Positions 12,189 to 26,600 of a stretch of 58,654 nt of DNA are shown here, in pieces. How positions within the stretch are numbered: position 1 is the first letter of the stretch; each line of letters starts with the position of its first letter. The notes under the pieces were generated by a model. It was not told the origin of the DNA. It saw nothing but the letters and a program-made list of their open reading frames with translations, and ran no database searches. Both the position numbers and the translations under genes were made by a program. This DNA is from Girardia tigrina (lineage: Eukaryota): NCBI GenBank assembly GCA_001938485.1, contig MQRK01182744.1, forward strand, positions 2,648-61,301. The letters run 5' to 3'.

Positions 12189-12306
12189 NNNNNNNNNNNN
12201 NNNNNNNNNNNNNNNNNNNNNNNNNNNNNNNNNNNNNNNNNNNNNNNNNNNNNNNNNNNNNNNNNNNNNNNNNNNNNNNNNNNNNNNNNNNNNNNNNNNN
12301 NNNNNN
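12140..12306. repeat. (TA)n microsatellite followed by assembly gap (N 12189-12306)
   Basis: Seen directly. Confidence 0.95.
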
Positions 12307-12829
12307 GACATGGTTTTTTACGCAGTACAACTTGAAGACATGAAAAGAAAAAGGTTTTACAATAATTGTTCAAAATGTTCACCATTTTTCTGCAAACACA
12401 AATTGCATCGCTCCACAAAATTCGTATAGCATTTTTGAATGATGCGGTGATCAATGTCTGACTCGACCTTTTCTCTTATAAAGCAAAGAAAAGCTATGGT
12501 TTTCTGCAGACTTTCATATTCAATTATATTCCTTTGATTGTTTACGGCCTATTGATTGATTATTCGGTTATTCAATATCTATGAAATTGAAATTTTTTGG
12601 ATATTAATCCCTTGAGCGGCTCGCGACAGTTCCGAGTTATTATCTTTATTTGGCGATCTGTATATCGATATCTAGGGTGAGGTGTCTGAACCGGACGGTT
12701 GCATTGAACAAATCAATTAACCATACAGTTTAAATTTTTAAATGTCAAAGGATATTAATTCAGTTTTTTTATTAAGATATCTTTATATTTGTGTAAATTA
12801 TTTAAAGGTGTGTGAGTGTAGATGTGTGG

Positions 12830-13945
12830 ACATTTTGCAAATCCTTTAATAAAAACCAATGTTTTACTCCTCGGGAACTACCAAACTACATGCATCGCGT
12901 AAAGAAAAAGTCAGTTTTTAAGAGCAACCTGGATGTCAAACTCCAACGACTATTTAACAAATATGTGGCACAGTCCAGAACTCCTCTACTGAATACTTTT
13001 TATGCAGATAAGGCTCTTGGAGGACTTGTACTTGTGTCTGTGAGAAACGAATATGCAATGCAATCGATAGTGCAAGAATTTTGAAATCTTACTTGCTCGG
13101 ACTCGACATCTCAGGAATTAACATTAATCAATTTAGAAAAAACTCTAGATAATTAGAACAAAACAGATAGAGACTGGAAAGTCTCTGATTACCTAGACTG
13201 GTTAAATCAAGGCGACATAGAGAACGGATACAAATAGTAGGGGAAAAAGACTTGTAACTCAATTAAATACCTCGATTCTATTTGGTTGCGAGCAAGATTT
13301 ACCATTAACAAGCTTGGAATCTGTTCAAAGATCAACACCAATACGGAATCGGTGTTGATTTCTAAAACTCTCATACACTCAATCTCCTCTCAGTCCCATC
13401 GTTTGTATGCAAAACTAAAATTCAAAAAGTAAAGCAAAAAAACAGTGGCTGGAATCTCTGCAGTTGCCATTACAAACAAAAGCGGTACTGTTAATGTCAT
13501 GTATAGTGAAAACATTACAAACGAAGAATGGCAATTCCTTCACTGTACCAGAACAAACAATCTCCCAACTAATTAAAAGCCGAGAAAACCACGCAATAAA
13601 ACACTCTGCTGAGCGTGCGACAAAGTTACAGAGACACAAGACATGCATCTGTGTCTCTGTAAAAGAAATAGTCCGATGATCACCGTACAATACGCTTAAA
13701 ATTCTTAAGAAAGCAAGGAAAGACATTTAGGCGAAATACAAAAAGCTGAAAGAGAAGGCCGATAAGCACCACAAAGGATAGAAAGTTCGATTGGGCACTA
13801 TTGTGGTAGGTTGTTTGGGTTGAAAAAGATACAATACTCAAAACATTAAAGTTTGCAGAGACGACAACAAAAATCTGAGACACATGTGTATTGCCTCCAA
13901 TCTCAAATATTGTACTCTGATATAGAGCAAAAACATCAAATGCAG
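12830..13945 (+). mobile_element. Decayed non-LTR retrotransposon with restriction-like endonuclease (NeSL/R2/R4 group), post-RT and REL parts
   Basis: FYADKALGGLVLVSVRNEY...LTCSD (post-RT GGLG motif), then KKARKD..KYKKL...TIVVGCLG (REL motif). Many stops and frameshifts. Confidence 0.7.
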
Positions 13946-14563
13946 CGACTATTGTTCCGGTTGCAGCAGATGCGCCAAAAGTCGGATAGAGATAAGATGC
14001 GAGTAATGTACTCCGATGAACGATTCTAGCTCGGAGTTTTCGCCTATTATCCGAGGATAACGATAAGTATTCCGAACTGGAATTTGGCTTTTTTCATGTA
14101 CTTTGATAATAAAATACTTTAATTGGACTCCTATAATTTTAGTAATTTTAACTATAAAAAATTAACCCCCTAGACTTGTCCCCTGGATCTGCTCTTGCAA
14201 CATATACATTTACTAAAGATTTGTAAATGTTCAAAAAATAAAACTAAAGATTAATTCAAGAAATATCGATCGATTCATCAATGTTATTCGTTTTAAATTC
14301 ATAGTAATTTATACTTCGTTACGTAGAAATTTATTCGGACTTTGCACTTAATAAATTTTATGTTTTGATAAATTATATCTGATAAATTATAATTGAAAAT
14401 TGGTAACTGAAGAAAAAACAACATTAAATAAATAATAACAAAAGAAATAATTTTTAAAAAACACAAAACACTTTTTTTGAACTCAAATATTTTAATAAAT
14501 TTCGTTAAATTGAAAAAAAAGAATTGTAAAAAAAATCTTGTTTGAATTTGTTTAAATAATTAA

Positions 14564-14577
14564 TCAACCATGGCAAT
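14564..14577 (+). promoter_or_regulatory. Degenerate RFX X-box upstream of CFAP69
   Basis: TCAACCATGGCAAT versus consensus GTTGCCATGGCAAC; 84 bp before the ATG of a ciliary gene. Confidence 0.55.
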
Positions 14578-14660
14578 TAGCGGCACATTTTTGAAATATT
14601 CTTTTTTCTAATTTTATATAAAATTATTTTCTACAAATTTCTCCACTGTTTATTTCTAAA

Positions 14661-17600
14661 ATGGCTGTTGTAGAAAATAATGTTGTCACTCTAAATGAAT
14701 TTAGAATTAAAGATAAACAAGTTCCGATAGTTCATTATTCGCTTTTTAAAGAAGATGAAATTATACAGGTACTATTTGTAATTTATTACAGGTATAATTG
14801 GATCGAATCACAGATTAAAAAAATATATATTTTATATATATATGTACTTATAATTTTGGAACTGACTCTAATGATTCAATTACAAAATTAACTTTTCAAG
14901 ATTTGTTACTTGACTTGGTGAAAATAACGAAGTTTCTATAACATTTAGAGATTCTTCAGATTTAAGCCTCAAGTTTTCTGAAGGATTGTAATCACATCAG
15001 CTAGTTAGAATATCAACACAGAAGATTAAGAGAAAATGCTGCGGATTTTATTAAAAAATACAAAAATACTGGTCTTGATGTTAATATCACAAGACACATA
15101 AAGGGAATTTTGTAGATATTTTAATAGTAATATAAATTTAAATGTTTAATAATAATGTTTAATTCAAGCCTTTATACTGAGTATATTTTATAAATACATT
15201 AAAAAAATAATAATTATATTTTTGTTGAAGGAAGTTATTTAGTTTTAGTAACGTAGGGAATTAAATTTTTTAAAAAATTATTTATTGTTTTTATTATATA
15301 TGTATATATAAATATATGTAATAATAATATTTGGTGGAAACTGAAACCGGACAATTGGGCGCAAAAATTTAAATGATAATTAATAAAATAAATGATAATA
15401 CATTCATAAAAAAATAGAAGATATTGCATTAAACTATTTAACTATTTGATCATTAATTTTTAGGATTCTTTTTAAACAATCTATGAACTTCCATATTGTA
15501 GGATGATCAATTCCAAGAACAACTAGGAGCAAAACAACTGGGCCCAGAAAAATTAAATGATAATATTTAGGTGATAGGATAAAATCAGTTTTGAAAAAAT
15601 AAGAAGCCATTGTATTAAAAAAGTATATTTACAGAATATAACAGAAAAAGGTTTCTAGAAATTTTGCATATAAATTCACACAATCGTTTTTATTTCTTGA
15701 TAATTCAATATACGTTTTTTTAAAACTATACATATTTATCCTAAATTAATAGAAATTAATTTGCCCTCTGAGATATTCAATTATTTCACGTTCATTGTAA
15801 GACAAGACGATTCTTATGATTCGCTCATCAGATATCTAATCATTCATTTTTTGGATCCTTTTTAAACCATCTATGAATTTCCAAATAGTAGGATGATCAA
15901 TTCCAAATTGTACTTGAAGACGTCTATGAGTAGCTTCTGTATAATTGTTTGTCTTATCTTCTCTTTCCAAGGTGCTTTTGTAAACAGACCATGTTTTTGG
16001 ACTAAACATTGGACAAGCTCTTGTCCCGTCATTATTTGGACGCCCAACATGAAAAATGATCAAATGATAAAGATAAGAAAAATCGAAAATTAAAGGAAAA
16101 ATGATTGAAAAAATTGATAAAAAGAAAAGAAACTATAAATAAACGAGACAGAAAAACATGATTTAATTGAAAAAATTGGTAAAAATTAAAAATAGTAAAA
16201 ATAAAAAAAGTTATTATGAGAAAAAAATGATAAGATTAATAAAATAAAAAAATAAAAAAATTATTTACTAATGTACATATAACAATGTGAAACTCAATGT
16301 TTTTATGAAAGTCAATGAAACGTAGATATTTATTTTTGTTCTTTTTACCAATGATTTTACTATTACCTAAATATTATCATTTATTTATTCTGTGCCTAAC
16401 TGTCTTGCGCCTGTTAAATGTGTATTATTTGCTACAATATGTATCTAAAAATCTGTAGGAATTTGAAACCATTTATACCTGAAAATATTGACCGATAAAC
16501 TATGATTTGTAATTTTAGAAGAAAAAGTATGTAGACTTAGAAAAAGTGATTCGGTTATTAATTCATCCCCATTCTGTAAGTTTAAATGAAAGGTTTTTGT
16601 TTGTATTGAGAATAAAAAATCAATAATTAGTCGACACTTTATGAGAGACACAGTTTAGCTCTTCGAAAGCTCATCAAACATTCACAAAATGGATTCGTAA
16701 GTCTCAGATATTGTGAAAAAACATCAAACTTGCGATGTTTCATATAAAAAATGATCGTTTAAAATACTCTTTCTGTTCCAAAATAATGGTTACATATTAT
16801 CATGACTTTTTGTTAAAAAATAACGTTAACGTTTCCAATTTAAATTAATGTTCTTGACGTATTTTTCAAGAAAAAGTCTGATCTGTAGCTATGGATATTT
16901 TTGTTGGTCCAGATTAAATAGAACAGGGGTGGGCACACTTAAACGTTGCATGATCGACTAAAATTTTTAATATTTAACTGCGATCGACTTTTTCAGAAAA
17001 AAATAAGCCTCCCCCGACTGAACGGATAACTGAGTATTGTATAGACTATAGTACCAGCATTGGCGTACTGGGTATTGAGTCATAGACTCTGTATCAGGTA
17101 GAAATCAGAAATAGACAATACAGAGCCTACTGACTTTCTCGCACGGCTTTAGATGCAAGAATGCGAGGTTTCAGTGCACGGACACGCTTCGGTTTCCCAG
17201 TCAGAAAGGACCAGTCATGATACATCGTACCGTGATTCTGTAGAGCTTTGGCTGCGTAAATACTTTTCGTATAATGAGTAAAGGGACACAGAAATATCCC
17301 CACATCATTTGTATTACTTAACCGAAAGTCGAGAACCACCCTTGGAATCACTCCTGGGTCCGTCTCCGCGGTACCATTGAGTGGCACTGACACATCATGC
17401 ATTGCGATCACGTTCGAAGATTTTGTACATCCTTCATTTGCTTTATTTTGTGAAGCAGTAGTACCACTGGTACTGCCTTGGGTTCGGTGATCGATCAATA
17501 AATGTCGCTTTAACCATCCATCCGTTTTATATGTCTTGTGACAATTTTCCATGGGACATTGGAAAGGTTTGTCACCAATCTGATGCTGCGGCGTCATGAC

Positions 17601-20600
17601 CGTATGTACGTTTTTGGTGTGTCTTCTTAGTTCTCTCTGTTCCGCAAAAGATTTGAAACAAGAAGAATACATACATTGTACTCTTTTGATATGCGACTGG
17701 AGCATTTTCGTGTATTTTTTTCTTTGTTCAATCATTTTCAGAAATAAGAAAACATAACACAGTATGGTTATTAATTTTATTATAAAAAAATTACATAATT
17801 ATTGTACAAAGTAAGTGTCATTAATTTTGGATGTTGATGCATGACATTACATTTCATCGCAATCTTGTAAAGTTAGTCATCAAAAAAAAAAGATAAAGTC
17901 ATCAAGTGGTAATCAGTCAGATTTGTGAAATGAAAATAATTTTGCTATTTGATTATTTTCATTTGCAAAAATGCTGCTTCGCATAAATAAGCGGAACCAA
18001 AGCATGTAAATATTCTTGATGCTATTGATCTCAATAATGGAGTTTTTTCGTCTGGTACAAACTTCAAAAAATTCATTTGCTTGTGATTTCAAAATTTTAT
18101 CTGATTTTATTGTTAAAACTTCCGGCTCTACATCTGATATATTTAATTGGAAAATATGAGCTACATTGGATGATATATCCTCGATATCATATTCTCCACA
18201 TGGAAAGGAAATAAATTCAAAAATAGTTTGAAAACAACAAAGATTTGAAAATCGTCTCTCAAATTCTGAATAATTATTGTCTATTTCAGAACAAAACTTT
18301 TCGATGTTGCATTGACATGTAAGTTTAATCTGATTTTCTAATTATAGAAAATTCTTTAAGTTATTAAATTTATCTGAAAAACGTCTGCGATCTACTATCA
18401 AACAGCTCGCGATCGATCGTTTGCCCACCCCTGAAATAGAACGTTTACAATACAGAAAATTATTAAAACTTAATATTCACAAAAACAGTGATAATCGGAT
18501 TTATGCTAAACGTAAACATTATTTTGGAACAGAGAGAGAAAAACAAATTTGAAAAACAGATTTTTGAAAAAGAATTTCGCCTTCTTCTTTGAAAACCAAC
18601 AATCACTCTCACTCGAAGTTTTGAAAATAGTTTTTTGTAACTGTTTTACAAAGGGCTGTTAGAAGAATCACCGGACACGCACGTTTTGAGCATTTTTGTG
18701 AAATATTCTTAATATTTTTCAACCCTCAGATCTAAATCACTGTAAATCGATCTCAATTTATAGTACTCAAATTTTAGAACGAAAATTCGTTCTCTAATAT
18801 TCGATCATTTTACATGAATCAACGTAATTTGTTGAAATATACACTGATTCCGAAAGCAAAATGAACATAAAATACAGGTGATGGGAGACGCTCTCAACGT
18901 CAGTCGACTGTTGAATATTTGCGCAGACAGAATTTTAATTTTGCCCCAATTTTATCTCGATCCGTTTATTGATCTGGTTAAAATTTGTTCGAAACCATTC
19001 TTGAAAGAAAAATCTTCTGACGTTTTGATTTATCATAAAATTTATGTCGACCTTCTGTCTCAATTGGGTAAGATATAATTATCTATTGTTTTCATTGATC
19101 AAGTTCTATTGCCACACAGGATACTCGTTACGACTAGAGAATATTGATATACGTCTTCAGATTTGCAGATCAATCTATGATCTTTACACCAAGAAGCCAC
19201 TTGTCCCCTCAATTGATGGTGAGTGCAATGGGCTTTTGTATATTTTACGAATTTTACTTTTATTATTTTACTTGTTGATTTAATTTTATTTACATCATTT
19301 AACTTTTTATTGAGATTGCTATTTAATGTGTCACAAATTACAATCTTATCGACTTTAACTCTAATTAAAATCAAGATAAAATATTTTTCACGTTCCTCGG
19401 AGCTATTTTAAAATTTAAATTAATAATTTATATTTTTTAAATTTTTTTTGTGATAATTTTAAACGAAAAAATGTCGTAGATTTATGTTTATTTACAAAAT
19501 ATTCGGAACACGGAGGATATAAATACGTTAGAAATTAAATTTTGATCAATTATTAAATTACAATTTTCAAAAATGTTTTCATGATTTTAGACTGAAAAGA
19601 AATCTTTTACTTATTTTTGTTTTTTTCTTTACATATTTTTACACAACCTTTCTTAATATAACATTAAATGATAAGGTCTGGAACAGAATGATCTGCCTTA
19701 TACGAGATCAGTGATCGAAGAGAGTGATTTAGCTGAAACATTGGTTCAAGTTATTTTTATATTATTTTTTTAATAAAAATATAAATAAAATTCATTAACT
19801 GCAGACCATTTCCATTATTGGAGATGCCGTGGAAATAAAATTGGCATTGTTCAACCTCCTTGAATTGCTGACACAAAATTCAAGTAAGTCAAAAGATTTC
19901 GGAGACTTCAAGCGAAAATTATTTATTTATTTATTTTCAAATATCCTTTATCATAAATTTTCCATTTATTTTGAAACATTTTTTTTATTTTGAGTAATGA
20001 AACCAACTGAAATGTCTTCTAACAAATCACTGAAAGAAAATATAAAAAAGTCAAAAGGTGAATTTATAATATTCTCAACGAATTATAATTCTGAAATACA
20101 TTTTAAATACATGTGGTAGGAAATAATTTTTCAAAACGACTTTGTTTCGGAATAAATATTTATTATAATATTATTTGTTATTGTAGTGACCCAGTCAATT
20201 ATTTTATAATAATTAGATATAAGGAATTATATATAATAATTAAAAATTGATTATTTATTATTGAAAAATTAAAATTTGGAAATTAAATCCGGAATATCGT
20301 TAGTTATCAAATCATTGTTAGTCCAAGTGGATTTACTAATCTATCCCAAATTCTTGGACATTTATTCGTTGTATTAAAAATATTGAAATAACCGATAAAT
20401 ATTTAAAGAAGTCTTAAGACCTCGATCCGAACAAAATCGTATCCAAAATTGATTAAAAAAGAAAATAAAAAAATATCCTCTAGAAAATTTCCCAAAAAAG
20501 ATTCTTTTGTCCCTCATCACAGATCCGTCAGAATCTGTTATTCAGTCGACATCAACTAAATATTCAGTTAGAACGATCTGATCGAGAGAAAATATTTCAA

Positions 20601-23600
20601 TAATTCCAAATAGTTCTCGAATCGTCAATTTTACCTCGCCAAAATTCTCATCTGAGGAACAGTATATAAACATCATAAGCAGACGAAGTTAATTTTTGAC
20701 AACAAATCTAAATCGAGATTTACCTGTGCCGTTCTCTCTCGTATGTGATTTTTTTGTTATATATGTTTATTTATATTCTGTAAAAATAAAAGTATATATA
20801 CATATTTATCTTTATTGTTTTACGTTAAAGGAGTTAATTGAAACACGTTTTCAGTTAGCTCTTTTACAGTTATCATTATTTATATTGAAAACATTTCTCT
20901 CTCTGCTGCTATTAATTGAATGATAATCACTGAAATATTTATTTTTTTATTGCCATAGATACATAAATATATATAAAAATATGATTAAATTAAAATTAAA
21001 AAAGATCATGGTTGCAAATTTAAAAACCCGAACAAAGACCTCTTTTTCCATTCTTTGTATTAGCTTACTTTCTATATAGGTATATATATGTATCCATGGA
21101 ATTAAAAACCTATTTTTGAAGGCCTTTTACTCAATCGATTTTCTTCAAACTTTGCACACTTACTCATTTTCGATGTCAATTAATGATTATGTAAAAATTT
21201 GATCGAAAAAACTTTTTAAGATCCCAAAATGGGAAAAAACGAAAAATTCGGAGTTCCCGAACAATATTAATTGAAAGATATCTACTTATAAATTATAAGT
21301 AGTTTATATTAATTTTTAATGTGTTTTTTTAGTTAAAATTTTTTAAATCAAATTTTTAAATTTTAAAATCTTTGTTGGCAAAGTAGGTTCTCTCTGCATA
21401 AAGAATTGATAAAAAAATTTAATTTTTTTGATTTACTAGTTTCTGGATTGTTTCATTCATTTAATGAGTTATATAACTCAATGATTTTTCGATTTTGGCT
21501 ACTATGTGTAACGATTGTTTATTTTATACCACTGATTGGTGAGTAATTGAACTAACTCGCTCTAATTGGTTAACCAATCAGAGCGAGCCTGGAGCCAGAC
21601 ATGTCAGTTATAAATTTATTGAAAATTTCGAAGTGAAATTTTGTCGGGATTTTGATTGAAAATCATTCGAGTATTTAATTAAAATTTATTGAACACTAAT
21701 TTTCTGATTATTTGAGATTTTGTCCAATTTTGATTTATTTAAAACTAAATTTATGGAAGTTATTTTAAATTTATTATTACGAATTTTATTGAATCAGATA
21801 AAAAATTACTGTTAGATGACTGAACATTTAATCTCAAAAATAAAATTACATGAACGCAAAATCCCCGAATTTCAAATCCGACTCTGCCACTCTGTCGCTA
21901 CCTCCGTCTGGTCTTCAAGGCAACCTGGGGATCGGACGAACTGTTTAATTTTTAAATAAAAGTTATGAATCTACTCACTTTTGTAAATTAATACGCATGC
22001 AGTTATGGTTTAATAAAATTACTTTGAAATACTTTTTTCTATAATTTATTACTCGTTATTTTGTTCGGTTTCTCAAATGAATACACGACATTCCTTATGA
22101 TAATTATGGATATTAAATATGTTGTTTATAAACAGATCCTACTTTTGAGTTTCCTTAAAGAACGCGCTTTTTACAGAAGAAATAATTTTTCGTATGACTA
22201 TTGATAAAAATATCAGGCAAACATAATAAAATTTTTCCCTCTCTTAATATGTAATATAAATTGTTTTGTTTGTTTTTAGTTAAACATTTTGGACCAGAAA
22301 TGATTTAGAATTAAAGATATGCATATTTTGATTGATTCTCTTCAGATTGAATTTCTTTAATTTTTATTCAGAAGGATGTTGTGACAAAATCCTCGGAGTA
22401 AACAGTATGAAATACATCTTTTGTTCTTTTGGTAACTCGGATTTTGTCAGTAATTTACTTTTTCGTTCTGTTAACATTACTTGGAATATCATGGAGAACG
22501 GGGATCACGACATGATTGTCGATCAACTAAGTCAAATTGTATTTTTTTCTGATTTGGGTTGGCTGGAATAAATTATTTTACAATTTTATTAAGAAGTTTA
22601 AATCAAAGTCTTTCTAATAAGTGCAGTGAAGAAAATCTGAAAAAAAGATAGGGAAAAGATTTAATTGAAATATATTCTTTTTAATTTACAGTTTCTTAAG
22701 AATGTATTTTTGGCAAAGAAAAATAATGGACTCATAATAGAGTAATGTAGATTTAACCAATACAATTTAAATGTTGATATGCAAATGTATATGTAATTAA
22801 CAAGATTTACGTTGTACAGTGAAAGCCGCTTAATAGGACCACTGGTTAATAGGTCCAGCCACTTAATAGGACCAAATTCTGTGGGACCGAATCATTTCCT
22901 ATATTTCGAATATTAAAGCAGCCGCTTAATAGAACCAGTAAAAGTCGGTTAATGGAATCACTCATGAAACTGTTTGACCCTTCAAACAACATGAAAGTCA
23001 TGAAAAACGTGTTTTTAGCGTAGGTCATACACCCACCCCGATACATACACATACACATGTAACAAAGAAGCAGGTCATGACTGAATTTGTATTTACTGTA
23101 TTTGATCTTATCTCTTTAGCTGCAGAGAGCACCTGCTACATTTGTAGCACACACACAGGACACAGCAAGAGGAAGTGTCCTGCAAGCAAACGTACAGTTA
23201 GTGGCGGTAGCCCAATACACTTACCATCCCAGGTACGCATGTTTGTGTGTCACCTAACTCGACATCAATCTTGCTAGAGCACAATGGGGAGGGTTGCAGA
23301 CTGGCTGCTGAAATCGTCACCACCAACTTCCCTCTTGTAGCAACTCGAAAAGTGTACTTTGTCAAAAAATAACACCACTTCGCTTAATGGGACCAGTCGG
23401 TTAATAGGACCAGTTGAGCTTGGGACAAATGTGGTCCTATTAAGCGGCTTACACTGTATTGATAAAAAAGTCATAAAACTCGAGTTGTAATCAAATTAAT
23501 AAATTGATGACATTTTAATATAAAATAAATATATAAAATTAATATATAAAACAAATATTTTTTAAGATTATAGAAATAAGCAATGAGAAAATTGTAATTT

Positions 23601-26600
23601 AAGTTCTTTTACGCCATTATTGGAATAAAGATGCAAACGGCTGCAGCCCGAGAAATATGTGAAGTCGAAACAAGGGGAAGTAATCACTGATCGTAAAGCG
23701 TGTAATTGGTTCCAAAAATTTTAATCGGGACACCAGTCTCAAAGATCAACTAAACATCACACTATATGTTTCTTGAAGATGTTGAAGCAGATCCATCAAA
23801 ACGTTTTCGACTACTATCATCAGAGCTGGGTTTTTCAAAGTCACCCATCCACCTTTATTTGCAAAATAATGGTAAAATCAACGGCTGTTTTGCCCCTCAA
23901 CAAGCGAAAAGTATGTTGATCTCTTCAGACGGTGAGTATACACATCCTTGAGGTGATCGTTTTAGAGGCGAATAGTGACATATGTCGAAAATAGAATATA
24001 TTTTTATAATCCAAAGATGGAAAATAAATTGTTAGATCCTGGTGAACTAGCTACATCTGTTACTAAACGTGAATGATTTCTTATGTGCTTGGGTAGAACT
24101 TCGAAGATGTGGGGCATTTTGATTTTCTTCAAAATAAATATTTAATCAATGTTGAATTACATCCACAACTCCTGCAACGTGTTTGCGATGTTGTGAGCCA
24201 GCTATTTTCAACAAAACAATGCTTCTTCATTAGTGTAGCGTTAACGAAACGAAATATACAATATTTGGTACTTGATTTGAAGGCCTACCCGCTCCTAATT
24301 TAGACTTAGCTCCATCAGATTTTATTTTTCTCCTATCAATTACTTCCTTTTGCCGTTTTTGTAATTTTCGGGGACCCGATGATGTTGAAATTGAATTTAG
24401 GTAATTCTTTACTTCCAAGAATCTGACTCAATATCGATATTGTACAAAATAGCTTTGAAAAAGTTGGGTATAAGGAGTGATTATGGTGCCATATATTTGT
24501 CAAATAAGTTGGTATTATTTCATGGTATAAATATTATATCTTCTTTCAATATCAATATGATACATAACATTCAAATATTTTGATACCCTAGTATAAGATT
24601 TATTTAACTTTGTCAATGCATGTTTTTTTATCTGTTGATGTCTTTCAAAAATCTGACTGTCAGACGAATAAGGAACGATATTTGTTTTCTGTGTTTGAGG
24701 AAGACTGAGAAGAATGAGATCGTGAGTCAGCAGGAATGTTGAATTTACGTAGTGTATTCAGTAAGAAGTGAGTATAACGTAGAAATCATAATTCAATTAT
24801 TCAAACGAAAATTATTTGAAAAAACAAGTTAAAAAGAAGCATCATTTATTAAATTAGTTATAATAATTTAGATCCGAATTTTAAGAGATAGAAATCGAAT
24901 TGAGTTCTATTTATGGTGAAGAAATTTGATCTATGAGTACTGTCAAATGATGGTCGACCTTTTGTTTTTGAAAAAGAAAAAGCCGTCACACCATGTGAAA
25001 TTGCAGACAAAATATCAGAGAAGCTGAAACAAATCGTACAGAGTAAACTAACAATACTTTTAAATGTCTACTATCATTATTTTCTGCCAATGGAATCAGA
25101 AAATTGTTCCTGCTTTATTTTGCAATTTTAATCGTGGGTATACATGATCAGTGATTGATTTACAGCCAGAAGGACTCGAATTTCTTTGAAGGTGTTTGAC
25201 ATCCCTTCTTCCAGAATATTGTAACCATAGACATTTTTTCAAAAAGTTTTCATGTTTACTCCTTTTTAGTATTCAATAGTTATGATCCTCACCGACTTTG
25301 CTTAGGTGGGTGTTTGTCTCACAGGTACTTGTTCAACAGATCATAAAGCCGAGAAAGAAGATTTGAGTCTGAAGAGTACTATTTTGACAACAGTGAACAA
25401 ATTCACATCTGTCGGCTTTCAAATACCCGCAATTGACAATTGTCAACTCACTTTGTCATCCCACACTCTGTACAGCTTTAATTTATCACCGTTCAGTTAT
25501 TATCTCAAGTCAATTTAAGAGGGTACTCAGAGACTATCATTTTTCTACTAGAAGTAGTTTAAAGATACAGCTTCAAATTTCTTTACCCAAGAGCGACCAG
25601 AACTCTTAGAAAAAGTCTTCCAGGACCTTATAATGCGCTTCAAAATGTATTTTTGTAAATAATTTTTGTTAACAAATGATGTATTTATAACTAAGTTGCT
25701 AGGGAAAATAATTTCATTTGATAAGATTCAATCGTCATTCAATTTCAATCAACTTTAGACTTTATCAGTATTTTTGTATATGATTTGTTCCATGAGCCGA
25801 CCCTACTGTGATTTCTAATTCATAATTTTTCTAAATTCTATTTCTAAGGAATTCATTTGTTGGCTGAGGGATAGTTTTATTGATCAGTTATCAAAAGGAT
25901 ACTCTTCCTATGATCGGCAATTGAGGAATGATATTTTAGTATTAGCGACTTTGTTAGCCCAGCTAAATCCAAATGCACCATTCGTGGAAACTGGGTTCGT
26001 CAAACAGCTCACGTTATTGGCAACATTTCAAGAAGGTTGGATTTAAAATATAATTTGCTATTCATTTTCTTGTGTAGTTAAAAGTCACAATCCTCTCGTC
26101 AAAAACTTGAAAATGGCTCTTAATCATGAAGATTTTGAATTGAAAAAACTTTTGATCAATGTACTTGTTGTTCTAAGTCATAATAATTCGGTTATTCCAG
26201 TAAGTTATTTCTTTATATTACTAATATACATTAGTGATGTCCAAACATTTTCCCCCTTGGGTAAGATAAAGAGAGAAATGTGATAATATACTTTGACAAT
26301 TAAAATTGAAGAAAAAAAATCTGCAAAAAAGAACACGAATGTTTTTATTTTTCTGACTTCAGATTAATATTGACTTAATATCAATACTAAATTGTATTGA
26401 TTTTGACCTTGTTGTACCAACGCAATAGCCAGATTTTTATATTTTGAAATTATTTAAGTCTAAAAGATTTTCAAAAATTGTACCCATCAATTTTATCCGT
26501 AAATTTGAATTGTACAAACAAACATCATATATACGTGCAAAAACATACGTAGTGCACCCAATATGTCGTGAGACTAATGTAGAAAGACTTAAGATATCAA

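Larger units (their letters stand above)
16767..18538. mobile_element. Stowaway-like (Tc1/mariner) MITE, split by a nested hAT
   Basis: TA|CTCTTTCTGTTCCAAAATAATG at 16767 and CATTATTTTGGAACAGAGAGAG ending at 18538 are inverted repeats similar to the Stowaway TIR CTCCCTCCGTTCCAAAATA. The right flank is AA rather than TA. Confidence 0.7.

Noticed and set aside
11992-12454. ORFs with IYIY and X runs (also 46426-46668)
   Set aside because: Artefacts of (TA)n repeats and N gaps.
21875-21945. HDV-like ribozyme candidate (ACC-TCCGTCT-GGT...GGCAAC...CGAA)
   Set aside because: P3/L3-like part is present, but I found no P1 or P2 pairing.
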